This document shows, in pieces, positions 1 through 10,785 of a stretch of DNA of 64,000 nucleotides. Both the position numbers and the translations under genes were made by a program. Below the pieces are notes generated by a model. That model was not told the DNA's origin. It saw nothing but the letters and a program-made list of their open reading frames with translations, and made no database searches. Each line of letters begins with the position of its first letter. The first letter of the stretch is position 1. This DNA is from Marsupella aquatica (lineage: Eukaryota; Plantae; Marchantiophyta), in the NCBI GenBank assembly GCA_973895155.1, contig OZ316894.1, forward strand, positions 22,725,867-22,789,866, written 5' to 3'.

Positions 1-1184
1 AGTATTGGTGGCGTGGTATGCACACTCATGTCCAGCAGTTGATAGCTAAGTGTGTGGTATGTGACAGAGTGAGAGAATTATTTAATGCTCCCACTCCCCA
101 GTTGCACCCGTTACCGATCATGGGTTTGGGATATCGTTGGAGTTTGGATTTTGCTGGTCCATTACCTCTTACCCAACGTCATAATCGGTATGTTTTGGTC
201 ATGGTGGAGCACTTCTCTAAGTGGATTGAGCTAGTGGCGTTGCCAGATAAAGCCAGTGGAGGAGTTGCTGCTACATTTTTGGATCGTGTACTCAGTCATT
301 TTGGAGCACCAGCTGAGGTGTTGACTGATCAAGGAACTGAGTTCCGTGGAGAGTTTGAGAGTTTGTGTGAACAAGCTCTGATTGATCATCGCACTACCTC
401 TCGTGATCATCCTGAGGCAGATGGATTAGCTAAGAGAGTTATGCAAACTGTGAAGAGAGGATTGCGTAAGTATGGCTTGCAGGTTGGTCATCTAGGAGAT
501 TGGGATCTCCAGCTACCTTGGTTAGCTATGGGCTACTGTTTCAGTCGGCAAGCATCACTTGCATCCTTCTCACCCTACTTTTTGCTCTATGGTAGAGAGC
601 CAGATTTGCCAGCAGCTATTCGTCGTCATGCTGCACCAGTTGTGAACTTGGATGATCCTGATGTTTGGGTCAAGGTGTGTTCAGAGAGAGCACGGGTATT
701 TCAGAGAGTGATGCCCATGGCTTTTGACAACCTTGCCATTGCCCAACATCGTGATACTTTGAGGTATGCCACTATTCGTGGAGGAGGTTACCGTGCAAGC
801 ATTCGACGATTTCATCCTGGTGATTATGTTTATTTGCAGCAGACAGCACCCACGACACTTGATGTGACCGCAGGCCGAACAATCTTACGTGTGCATGAAG
901 TGTTGCCTTCTGGTGTCCTGATGTTGGAGGGACGCGATGGTATGGTTTGGAAGGATCATGTGCGTAACTGTGCACCATGTCACCTTCCCAACATTGATGG
1001 TACAGTAGATCCAAGCTTGGCACATGTTTGTGCTGGCTTGAAATGTATGTTGTATGGATCTGCTCAGGGAGCAGCTACTATGTTGATTTGTGATAAGTGT
1101 TCTAGAGGATGGCACATGTCATGTTTGACACCACCATTGCAGGTGATTCCTAGTGGATCATGGTTGTGTCCTCAGTGTCGGTGA
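1..1184 (+). mobile_element. Ty3/Gypsy LTR retrotransposon pol 3' end: integrase (zinc-binding CxxC, rve core, GPY/F-like region) with a C-terminal PHD finger; 5' part lies outside the window
   Basis: ORF 18..1184 shows KCVVCDR, WSLDFAGPLP, VLTDQGTEF, HPEADGLAKRVMQTVK (the expected catalytic E reads K), RFHPGDYVYL, then C-x2-(Y)...CDKC...H-x2-C...WLCPQC, a C4HC3 PHD pattern. A polypurine tract and an LTR follow. Confidence 0.93.
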
Positions 1185-1348
1185 AGCCGACTAGTTATCA
1201 TTTGTGTTCTCTTGGCAGATATGGATTGCAGGTAGGTGATCGATGGGGCTCACTTGCACCCGGCCTCCTGATCTTCACACCTAAAAAGGTGTATATCAAC
1301 CTTGTAGAACTCATGGCTAGCTAGAGTTAGGGGACCTTACTCCCAGCT

Positions 1349-1359
1349 AGGGGGGCGAT
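1349..1359 (+). other. Polypurine tract of the Gypsy element
   Basis: AGGGGGGCGAT lies immediately before the TG that starts the LTR at 1360. Confidence 0.8.
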
Positions 1360-1963
1360 TGTGGGTTTTGGACATGTGTGAACATGAGTTCCACTTGTAT
1401 TCCATTCTCTTGTATTTGTGATGTGGCAGTGTGACTATGTCTGGATGTATGTGACAAGCGATGTATGTTGTGTAGCGATATGTATGCGCACGACAGCTGT
1501 CACACCATTCTGAGTAGTGTAGTAGTATATCGTGCTATTAGAGTATGTAGTTTGGTATGAGTGCTATTGGAGCCGATAAGGTTCTGTCAGGTTTGTGTGA
1601 GAGGGTACTTCTCACTTGTGAGGCATTGAAAGGTCATCTTTCAATGTTGAGCCTTGGAGAGAGAGGAGCTTGAGTGTGGCTATGGTGGCTGTGAGCTCCG
1701 CTTGTATAACGTGGATTCCTTGAGTAGTGCAAGGTGCGTTGGCTTGACATACGTGTGTGATCGGATCGGTGCGGGATCGATGGGGTATTGTTGACCGAGA
1801 TCGTTGTGCCGATTGTATGGAGATTATTGTGGGTTTTGGACATGTGTGGACATGAGTTCCACTTGTATTCCATTCTCTTGTATTTGTGATGTGGCAGTGT
1901 GACTATGTCTGGATGTATGTGACAAGCGATGTATGTTGTGTAGCGATATGTATGCACACGACA
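1360..1963 (+). repeat. 3' LTR (TG...CA, 604 bp) that begins and ends with the same 136-bp block
   Basis: 1360-1495 and 1828-1963 are near-identical (TGTGGGTTTTGGACATG...CACGACA, 2 mismatches seen). The PPT precedes 1360 and Copia-like sequence follows 1963. Confidence 0.75.
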
Positions 1964-2601
1964 CAATGACACCCCTGTGTCAGCCGTACGGAATACTCTC
2001 CGCGGACTAGCTATCCGCGTCAGTGTTGAAGGCATTATATGGCCTGAAACAAAGTGGCAGAGTATGGTATCAAAGATTTACTGATGAAATGATTGCCATG
2101 GGTTTTTCTCATGATGTAATTACTCCATGTTTATTTATTAAACATGTGGATGACTAATTTGTCATCATTTCTATTTATGTTGATGACTTAAACATATTTG
2201 GGACACCCCAAATTACAGAAGATATTATTACTCGTCTCAAAATAACATTTGAGATGAAAGACCTTGGCCATACAAACTTTTGTTTAGGTTTACAACTAGA
2301 GATCCTACCCACTAGCATGATGCTCCATCAGACAACACAAACTGAAAAGATCCTAAAACAGTTCAATATGAACTTAGCACACCCATTAACATCTCCAATG
2401 GTAGTACACTCATTAGAAAACAACACTGATGTTTTTTGCAAACGCGAAGAACACGAACCACTATTAGGACCGGAAACTCCATATCTTTCCGCGATAGGAG
2501 CATTAATGTATCTAGCAAATTAGACCCGACCAGACATTGCATTTGCAGTTAACTTACTAGCTAGGCACAGTGCCACTCCCATAGCTAGACACTGGAATTG
2601 A
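1964..2601 (+). mobile_element. Decayed Ty1/Copia reverse transcriptase fragment (Bianca-like)
   Basis: The frame from 2026 reads LKALYGLKQSGRVWY...IYVDDLNIFGT...MKDLGHTNFCLGLQ...PYLSAIGALMYLAN*TRPDIAFAVNLLAR...RHWN, with in-frame stops near 2155 and 2521. Confidence 0.9.
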
Positions 2602-3640
2602 AGTCCCCATGGACCACAAGGCTGGTCTATGAAACCCCCATGGACCACATTTCCCAGAATTTGAGGTTAAATCTAATAACTTGATATTCATAAATACAAG
2701 AAAATATTATGGTCTGGAGGATATGCTAGAGAAGGTAAGCTACAATGCCATCAAAATGACTTGGCCATTTTGGTTGAGTTTTTCATCATAGATTGCAAAG
2801 TATAATTTCCATTCTATTAATTTTCATTGTGCTAATATGAAATATGTGTGTTTGTGTTTTTTTTATGTTGCCTCCTTCTTTAGTTGCCTTGCAGGTGCAA
2901 AACTAAACATTATTTTAGGTCAATTTTCATTGTGCTAATATGCCAAATATGTGTGTTTGTGTTTTTTTATGTCGCCTCCTTCTTCAGTTGCCTTGAAGGT
3001 GCAAAACTAAACATTATTTTAGGACATAATTCTTGTCAGGAAGAAAGGTTACCGGTCTGTAACCTTTTCTACTAGGTGCCACCATTTCCATAACTCTGTG
3101 CCCCAAAAGTCTTGCCAAGTAATTTTTTTCCCGGGCAAGTATTACATATGATAATGTCTGTTTGGGCTGGGGTTCTAGTCTGAAACTTGTTCCCACAAAG
3201 CTCAGAAAAGTTTCCCGGCTGTTGCTGGTCGGCATTTCCTCACTTTCTCGTTGCAGGGTTACAAACTAAGTAACCCCAGACCAAACCATCATTACCCTAT
3301 ACATAACCTTTTTTACTAGGTGCCACCATTTCCATAACCTTGTGCGGCCCAAAAAGTCTTGCCTGGTAATTTTTTTTCCAAGCAAATATTACGTATGATA
3401 ATGACTCTTGGAGTTGGCATTCTAGTCTGAAACTTGTTCCCACAAAGCTCATAAAAATTTCTCGGTTGTAGGCGGTCAACATTTCCTCACTTTCTGGTCA
3501 TAGGGGTTACAGACTAGTAACCCCATAGCAAAGAGTCATTACCCTATACAAAATCATCAAGTTACGGCCCCAAACCGCCATGGACCACCAAAATGTGGTC
3601 TACGGGAGCACTGTTTCCAACATGGTGGTCCATCCTGGCT
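2602..3640 (+). repeat. Dispersed non-coding repeat (probable non-autonomous DNA element) with internal tandem duplications
   Basis: 2630-2780 and 3555-3640 match the reverse complement of 33560-33720 and 33345-33430. Internal duplications are ~105 bp (2821-3022) and ~245 bp (3060-3550). Confidence 0.7.
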
Positions 3641-5321
3641 GCAGTGACCATCGGTCACGGTATACTCCACGGTTTCTTCGTGGACTGTATAATGCCGTCC
3701 TTCGCGCAAAGTCCTCTCATAAAGTGGAGGCGCTCACTGCTGGCGATGGACTCCTCTGCTCAGCAGCAGCAGCGGCTGGTGCTGGTCATGATGGAATGAA
3801 GAGTGCAAATCGGTTGCCACCGCTCTCTCATGGTTCAGCGCTTCAGCAGTAGCCCTGAGTCCCTGATTGACTGACTGATTCACTGTGGCTGAGGTGCTTG
3901 CGTGCATTCAATTCGGGTGGGAGCCATCTCTACTGTACAGACGAAGCGTTCGAAGGAGATTACTTGTTTCGGTATCGTGTTCTGCTTCTTTTTGACCTCA
4001 AGAACAGGACATCCACAAGTCGCCCCCGTCTCCAGTACGTCTCTCTCTGTGCCTCTGTCTTGCCTCGCGCCATTGCTTATTCTGATGACTACGGTACCAA
4101 TTGTTCCTCTTCCACGATTCCGGAAATTTTTATTTGTGGTGTGGGTCAGCGAGAGATACAAGAACTTGTTTCTTTTTTCCAACGAGAGATCAGGAAGTGA
4201 AATTGAATCGTTGGGTTCGGGTTCGCAGTCCTTTCACTTGTGAATTGTTGGGTCTATGGAGTTCGTCTAGCTGCCAGCCTGCTCAGCTGAGGAGAAGGAT
4301 CTGGCTGGGGAAGGAGCCAGCCAACGATCTGGAGTTTGTTGTTGGGTATTGGCGTTTTGGTATGTGTTGGGCATAGAGAAAGTTTCCTCGTTGTGCTTAG
4401 TGTAATTAGAATCTGGCGCTTGAATGGACTTTATGGCGGGAATGCATGTTGAGGCGCTGTGGTTGAATTTGGATTCTGATCAAACGAGCTCGGGCAATGA
4501 CTGTAATGTGTGCAGAGTCGCTCTGGAAGGCGTCGGGCTGGGAGCACTGGTGTTAAATCCCCTAAAGATTACGGATTTTTAACACAGGGCAAGGCACTTT
4601 TGGGGTAGGGATTTGCGTGAGATTTCGAGGAGGTGGAGGCATTCGGCATCCCTTAGAGGACCCACGCAACTGAGGCCACCAAATAGAGGCAGCAACTCGT
4701 AATTCGTTACTAAATCCGGATGGTCGAATCGTTCTGCCAGACCTTGACCTTGTGCGCGTGGATGATAGTTGCCACAAGGTTTTGGCTTACAAAGAAGTAA
4801 AGGGGGTACTTACTGATCTGAAGGTGGGCGGATGAATACTTGCAATTCTTGGAGCAGAAACAACAGGACCAAATCGGAATATATTGACCGTCTCTGAGGA
4901 GCTAACCTATTCCGGATCTGTTCGGGCCTCGGTCTTTTGTGCTGTTGGTGTATTTCGGATCCTTGCCGCCCACAAAGATTCACCTCAGGTGTCCTCAATC
5001 ATCTATTCGTCATGATTTACAGGGAAAGGTTGAATTGAGGGGCGCAGATATCAAGAGGAGGATCACAAGAGACTGCACCGATGGACCTTCACCACTAGCG
5101 AGGGGCATGAGTAGCGGACCATGTCATCTGCTGGTGAGGTTACAATGGAAGTATTTCCGAACAGATCTCACTGTATTGGCTTGACGAAGGCAATATTTTC
5201 CAACAGGTCCATTAATAATTCTGAATCTTCCAGCCGACAACCCCTCCTGTTTTCCTGTTCTTCCATGTGGTTGGGTTTCACTAAATTCAGTCTCTAATTT
5301 CTAGCCGAAGAAAAGAGCAAA

Positions 5322-8300
5322 ATGAATAGAATTCGAAAGAAAGGCTCTGACTCAGACCAGAGCAGTGTTGTGAGTGGTAACGGGACAGCCAGGATCAGGG
5401 CTGTGGCTGACGCCTTGGAGTGGCCTGCTGATAGTGAGCCCATACCAAAGAAGTTCGGCAGCAGCAAGGCGAGTAGTATCCTCAGCTACAGAATGGATGA
5501 TGATGAAAATGACGTCCCTACCCCCAAGAGAGTTGGCAGTAGCCGCAGGGCTAGCAGTATCCGTAGCCACAGAATGGATGATGATGAAAATAATGTCCCT
5601 ACCCCCAAGTTAGTTGGCAGCAGCCGCAAGGCGAGCAATATCCGCAGCTACAGAATGGACGATGATGAAAATGATCTCCCTATCCCCAAGATAGTTGGCA
5701 GCAGCCGGAAGGGCAGCAGTATCCGCAGCTACAGAATGGACGATGATGAAGATGATCTCCCTTCCCCCAAGATAGTTGGCAGCAGCCGCAAGGCCAGCAG
5801 TATCAGCAGCTATAGAATGGACGATGATGAAAATGATCTCCCTATCCCCAAGATAGTTGGCAGCAGCCGCAAGGCCAGCAGTATCCGCAGCTACAGGATG
5901 GATGATGATTATGATGACGGAAAGGATGTCCCCTCACAGAGGAAGATTGGTAGCAGCAGCAAGGCTAGCAGCATCCGCAGCTATAGAATGGATGATGATG
6001 AAAGGGATATCGCCCCTCGTGTCTCCATGGGGCCTGTGCAATCTCCCTATACTCGAAATAGGACCCCTAGAATTGGGCAAAATTCGATTTATAGTGATCC
6101 ATATGCGGCTTTGAGGATTGCAGACACCTCTCGTAGAAGTAATGACCTGGAGAGCAGCTACACGCGCACGCCAATCCGCATTGCCGCCGACAGTCAGCTC
6201 AACAACGAAAGTTATGTAAGTGGGAATGACGATGTTAACACTGACCCTTATGTGGCTCTAAAGATTGCTGGCAGCGGTCAAAGTGGTGCGATCCTCTATG
6301 ATTCGAATGGCTCATCTGGCTCTGGAGAGTACGCTGATAGTTCGGATATAGGAGGAGATTCCGGGTCTGAGGAAGACAATGATGATTTTACAACTAACAA
6401 CGCTCGAGTGTCTGTTGCGGGAAGCGAAAGGGGGCAAGGAAAGGATGGTGGATATGCCAGAGTTTCTGTCGCTGGAAGTTCAGGAAATTATGGAAACAAT
6501 ATAGGTAGACAGTTTTCAGGTAATGCAAGAGTCTCGGTAGCAGGGAGTGAATCTGATCATGCAAATGATAGAGGTGAAAAAGTTCAAGGATACGCAAGAC
6601 TTTCGGCTCCAGCCAGTGCTGATGTTTATGCTAGTGAATCTGACCATGGTAACGGCAACTATCCGAAGGTGTCTGTGGCAGCTAGTGAAATCTATCCGGG
6701 ACAAGATGTATATGCAAGACTGTCTGTCGCTGGCAGTGCAGCAGAACAGGCAAGTGGTGTAAGAAGGGACTCCACAGCTTATGCCAGGGTTTCTTCTATG
6801 GGTAGCGAAGTTGATCATGGAAAGGAGGGCTATGCACGAATCCATGCTTCAAGCAGTGAAGCTGAATACGGAAATGGATTTGATACAGACGTCTCTGGAC
6901 ATGAAAGACTGACTGCTGTCGAACGCAAAGTTGATAATGTAACTGTAGACACTGAGGATAAAGATCAGGAGCCAGAGGACAACGAGTATGCAGCATATCT
7001 GGAGCTCAGTCCTGACCTTCAAGCTAAATTGCAGTATCGGATGCGTTTAGTTTTAACTTCACCTCTTTTTGAGCTGAAACACAGAAACCTCTCAGATTTT
7101 TTTGACATCTACAGGAGTAAGTTTGGGGTGGATGAGGGAAATTTCAGCTTTAGCTCTGTGGCAAGCTTATGTCGGGCAATGCCCAGCGTCGTTCAAAGGA
7201 AGCAATTGAAAAATAATGAAGAGCTTATTCTTGTAGATTCTATTGAAAATAGGAGGGCAGTTTCTGGTATCAGGTCTGGCTTACGACGTATTGTTTATGA
7301 TGCTCTGAAGTCCGTGCACGAGGAACTTACTTGTGCTGAGTTCGAGGGAAAGTGTTCAGAGCTGCTGGGAAAGCCTCTGGTGGAAGTTTTGAGTGAGCAT
7401 GGATACGATACGCCTAGCGTAGAAAGCCTTATAAAGGATATGCCAGATATAGCTTGCTTTAAAGAGGCTGGTCTTGAAGCACAGGTGCACCTTTGTACCG
7501 GGGCAGAAGATCCGGCCCTCACTGATAGGTTACTTGTCAAAAGTGTTGTTGTAGCAAGTTTGAACACTCCGAAGGCTGCAGAGCTCAAAGGAGTAGTTTC
7601 CGAAGGGGAAGATGCAGGGGAGGATGCAAAAGGTGAGCACACCTCATAGTCGTTATTCCGAATTGTGTTATGACCTTTAGCGCAATTGATACCATCTCGA
7701 GGATGCTGTCACTTCTTTTAGATGATACAGATTAATGTTGAATGTGGGCGAGGTGTTTTGTTTAGAATGCTGGTCAGGGTGGGCAACGGTGATTTGTGTT
7801 TATGTTTGATGGCAAGGGAAGTTACCCAACGCCACAAACACTGGAGCAGTTGAAGCCGGATTCTGGATGTTTGATGAAGTGTGGACACTACAAGACATTG
7901 AATGAAATAGGAAAAATTGATGCAAATCACAAGTAGACAAGATTCCTAAACCGTTTACTTGAATTCGACTTCATGTTTGACTTGTTGCTGTGTACCAAGT
8001 AAAGCATAATCAATCTCATGGATTTCCAGATTTATTATCTCCATGTAATATTCTTTTGGTATGAGTTGCAGGGTTTGGGCACTTGAAGATTGGCAGCGGA
8101 GTGACTCTGCGCAGTCTTAAGGAGGAGTTTGGAAGACCAGAAGGTTTCAGTTCAACATCAGTATCATCATTAGAAGAAGAATATCTTCAAATCAGATTGC
8201 GGATGCGGATTCTACTTGCGTTTTACAACTCCGGACATGGTTTAGAGGCGACAGATTTACCGAAGATTTATGCGAAGACTTTTGGTCAAAGTCTGAATCT

Positions 8301-10785
8301 GGAGGAGTTGGGCTTCAAATCAATCATTGAGCTTGCCGGGCATTGGCAGGACATATTCCTATTGCAAGGACCAAAACCTGGTTGGATATGTCTCGTACCG
8401 TCTCAAGCCAACAGGCGGATCTTGAACACATTACGAACGGGCCTCAGGTCCAGTGTGTTTTCTGTGTTAGTGGAGACTTACCCAGAAGGTTTGGATCCAT
8501 TGGAATTCCTGCATCGGCTTCAGGAAGGTATGTCTGGAGAACTGTGGGACGTTCTGGAGGCAACTGGCTATATCTGCTCTGATGCGGAGAAAGCAGAGAG
8601 AACTCTCAGCTCTAGCACAAGCTCTGACTTCCAGTTGGTTGATTTTGAGGAAATCTGTCTCCTACTGGACGACATGATGGATTTTGTCCGCCTTGGATCC
8701 AATGAAGACGGCTCAGCAGTTGTAAAACTTCGAAACGGAGAAGTTCCTTTGGTTGACTTGCTGGACTGCAAGCTGAACGAGGGTGACATGGGGAGTTTTG
8801 ATGAGCTCTTTGTGAATCTCATGATGATAGCTGTAGATGTCACAGATACCTCCGGTGCTGAGGATGGCTCCTCTGTAAATGATGGGTTCATCAGTGTGGG
8901 TCGTGTGCAGTCGCTTGTCAAGAGTTTTGAAGGTAGCGGGGGCCTGAGGTTAGCACACTCACAAGAAACTGATTCTCTGCGATTGAAGTACGAGCTTTTA
9001 TTGATATTGGGATGTCCAGAATACAGTGAGAGTGGATTAGCCTTAAACGAGCTGAGTAATGTCTATAAGGGTCGCACTGGACAAGAACTTGGTTCCAAGT
9101 CAAAGGTTAGGTCCCTTTTGCGTTCAATGCCTGACATTGTGTCCAAGGATTCAGTTGTGGGTAACGTTGTCCAGTTACGTAAGACTCCCAAGAATTTACG
9201 AATCCTGTCTACCACGAGAGCTGGATTGAGACAAGTTCTGTTTTGGGCTTTGGTAAAAAATCCCGGCGGTATTTGGGCGAACCTTCTTGAAGGATGGTTC
9301 ACTGATTTTTCCGGGGTGTCTCTGGCAGTTACCCTTCAAATGCACGGGTATGAAATGTCTAAAAGTAAGCCTTTCTTTCCAGTAAATGTTTTCCTGAGGG
9401 ATATGAGTGACCTTTTGCAAAAGAAGTCTCAATCTTTGGAAGTTTACACGTGGGCTGGTGAGGTGAAAGATCCAATTCATAATGATGCAAGTCTTCTCGG
9501 CCTTTCTGAGTTGCTGATTCAGTATGACCCTCTCAAATTTGAACTGGCGGAGGTGTCTAAGAGGGAGGCAGAGCCAGTGGAAGAACTTGTGGATAAGTCT
9601 GTTCTGAAGGAAGATGACGGGCCCAAGGAAACACACACGGTCAATGATGCCGTTCTCGAGAAATCTCCACTGAAGGAAGCCAAAGGCGACGCAACAGCAG
9701 GCTGGGAGGAGAAACCCTCTTTTGATACGAGAACGAAAGAAGGTAAAAGTGATAGAGAGTTGAAATTGGATCACCAGGGCGTAGACCAACCTTCTATGGA
9801 GCAAGAGAGCAGAAGGAAGGAGATACATTACGTAGAGTCTGGAGATGAGTTAGGCAGAGGGGCAATCGAGGGATCTGAAGGACTTAGGTGCACTGTGGAA
9901 AGCAAGTCTGCCGATGACTTAGGCAGTGGAGAAATTGAGCGACCTGTAGGACAAGTGGGGATTGTGGAAAGCAAACAAGATTTTGAGCAAGTCTTGGATG
10001 TACCCACGAATGACCATACTTACGGGGAACAACGTCCAAACAGTAGTGGTAGAAATCAGCCTGGGAGTGGAGAAAATGAGCAAGGTGCTGAAGAGGATGA
10101 AAGTGGGTCTAAGGTGATAGGTGAACAACTCTCAGATAGTAATGATGAAGTTAGACCTGGCAGTGAAGAAAGTGAGGAAGATGCTGAAGAGGATGAAAGC
10201 CATGTCCCACAGATTAAGGGGGACCAGTTAAGATCCGCGTCAGAGTCATACGCACAGTTACGTGTGGCACAAAAAGGGCCAAAAGTGAAGTTAGATGAAC
10301 AATATTCAGATAGTGATGGTGAAGACGGATCTGACAGCGGCGAGAATGAGGAAGCTGCTGACGAGGATGAAAGTCAGCTTCCACGCGTTGAAGGGGACCA
10401 GTTAAGATCCACTTCAGAATCTTATGCCCAGCTTCGTGTGACAGGCAAAGGGCCAAAAGTCAACTTAGATGAATGGCAGTTCACTGATTCAGAAGATGAA
10501 GAAGCGGAGGAAAGTGGAGAAGAGGAAGAAGAGGTAGACGAAGGAGAAGAAGAAGAAGAAGACGAAGAAGACGAAGATGAAGAAGACGAAGACGAAGAAG
10601 GAGAAGAAGGAGACGACGAAGAAAGAGATGAAGATGATGAAAAGAATGCCAAGACTGCAAATACAATCCAAGAACCAGGGCACACTTTGCCAACTGATTC
10701 TTATGTAGGACCCAAAGTCAAGGAGGCAGGAAAAGATGTCAGCAGAGCACGCGTACTGCCAAATAAGGGTCTTCCTTGGAAGTAG
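5322..10785 (+). CDS. Multi-LOTUS (OST-HTH)-like domain protein, ~1674 aa, two exons (5322-7632, 8072-10785)
   Basis: The 775-aa and 900-aa ORFs join in phase through AAAG|GTGAGC (7633) and TTGCAG|G (8071). Six units fit the LOTUS pattern (L..LL....GL.L..L...Y....G..L....GF/Y.S...LL..MPD.V), e.g. GLEATDLPKIYAKTFGQSLNLEELGFKSIIEL and GLALNELSNVYKGRTGQELGSKSKVRSLLRSMPDIV. They occur as three pairs (~7015-7500, 8185-8735, 8975-9455). Both arms are low-complexity. The true start could lie upstream, since an open acceptor sits at 5304. Confidence 0.8.
5435..6010 (+). repeat. Coding minisatellite, 81 bp (27 aa) x ~7
   Basis: The R-M-D-D-D codons recur at 5490, 5571, 5652, 5733, 5814, 5895 and 5985. 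Unit: SSRKASSIRSYRMDDDENDLPIPKIVG. Confidence 0.95.
10135..10641 (+). repeat. Coding 174-bp duplication followed by a GAA/GAC-rich poly-Glu/Asp tract
   Basis: GGGGACCAGTTAAGATCC occurs at 10220 and 10394 (GDQLRS.SESYAQLRV..KGPKV.LDE x2). The acidic run spans ~10490-10641. Confidence 0.9.

Noticed and set aside
1360-1963. Independent TRIM element with 136-bp LTRs
   Set aside because: There is no PBS after the first block and no PPT before the second, and the first block directly follows the Gypsy PPT. It is better read as one composite LTR.
3580-5200. Several overlapping 60-110 aa ORFs upstream of the LOTUS gene (possible NYN exon or separate gene)
   Set aside because: No recognisable motif (no WDxEN-type NYN signature), the ORFs overlap in all frames, and part derives from a repeat. 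Probably promoter, UTR or intron.
7633-8082. Two separate genes (775 aa and 900 aa)
   Set aside because: The second ORF starts at TTG, strong donor and acceptor sites join the two in phase, and both carry the same double module.
9196-10693. Minus-strand ORFs (210 aa; poly-Ser, poly-Leu and poly-Phe ORFs)
   Set aside because: Antisense shadows of the Glu/Asp-rich plus-strand coding sequence.
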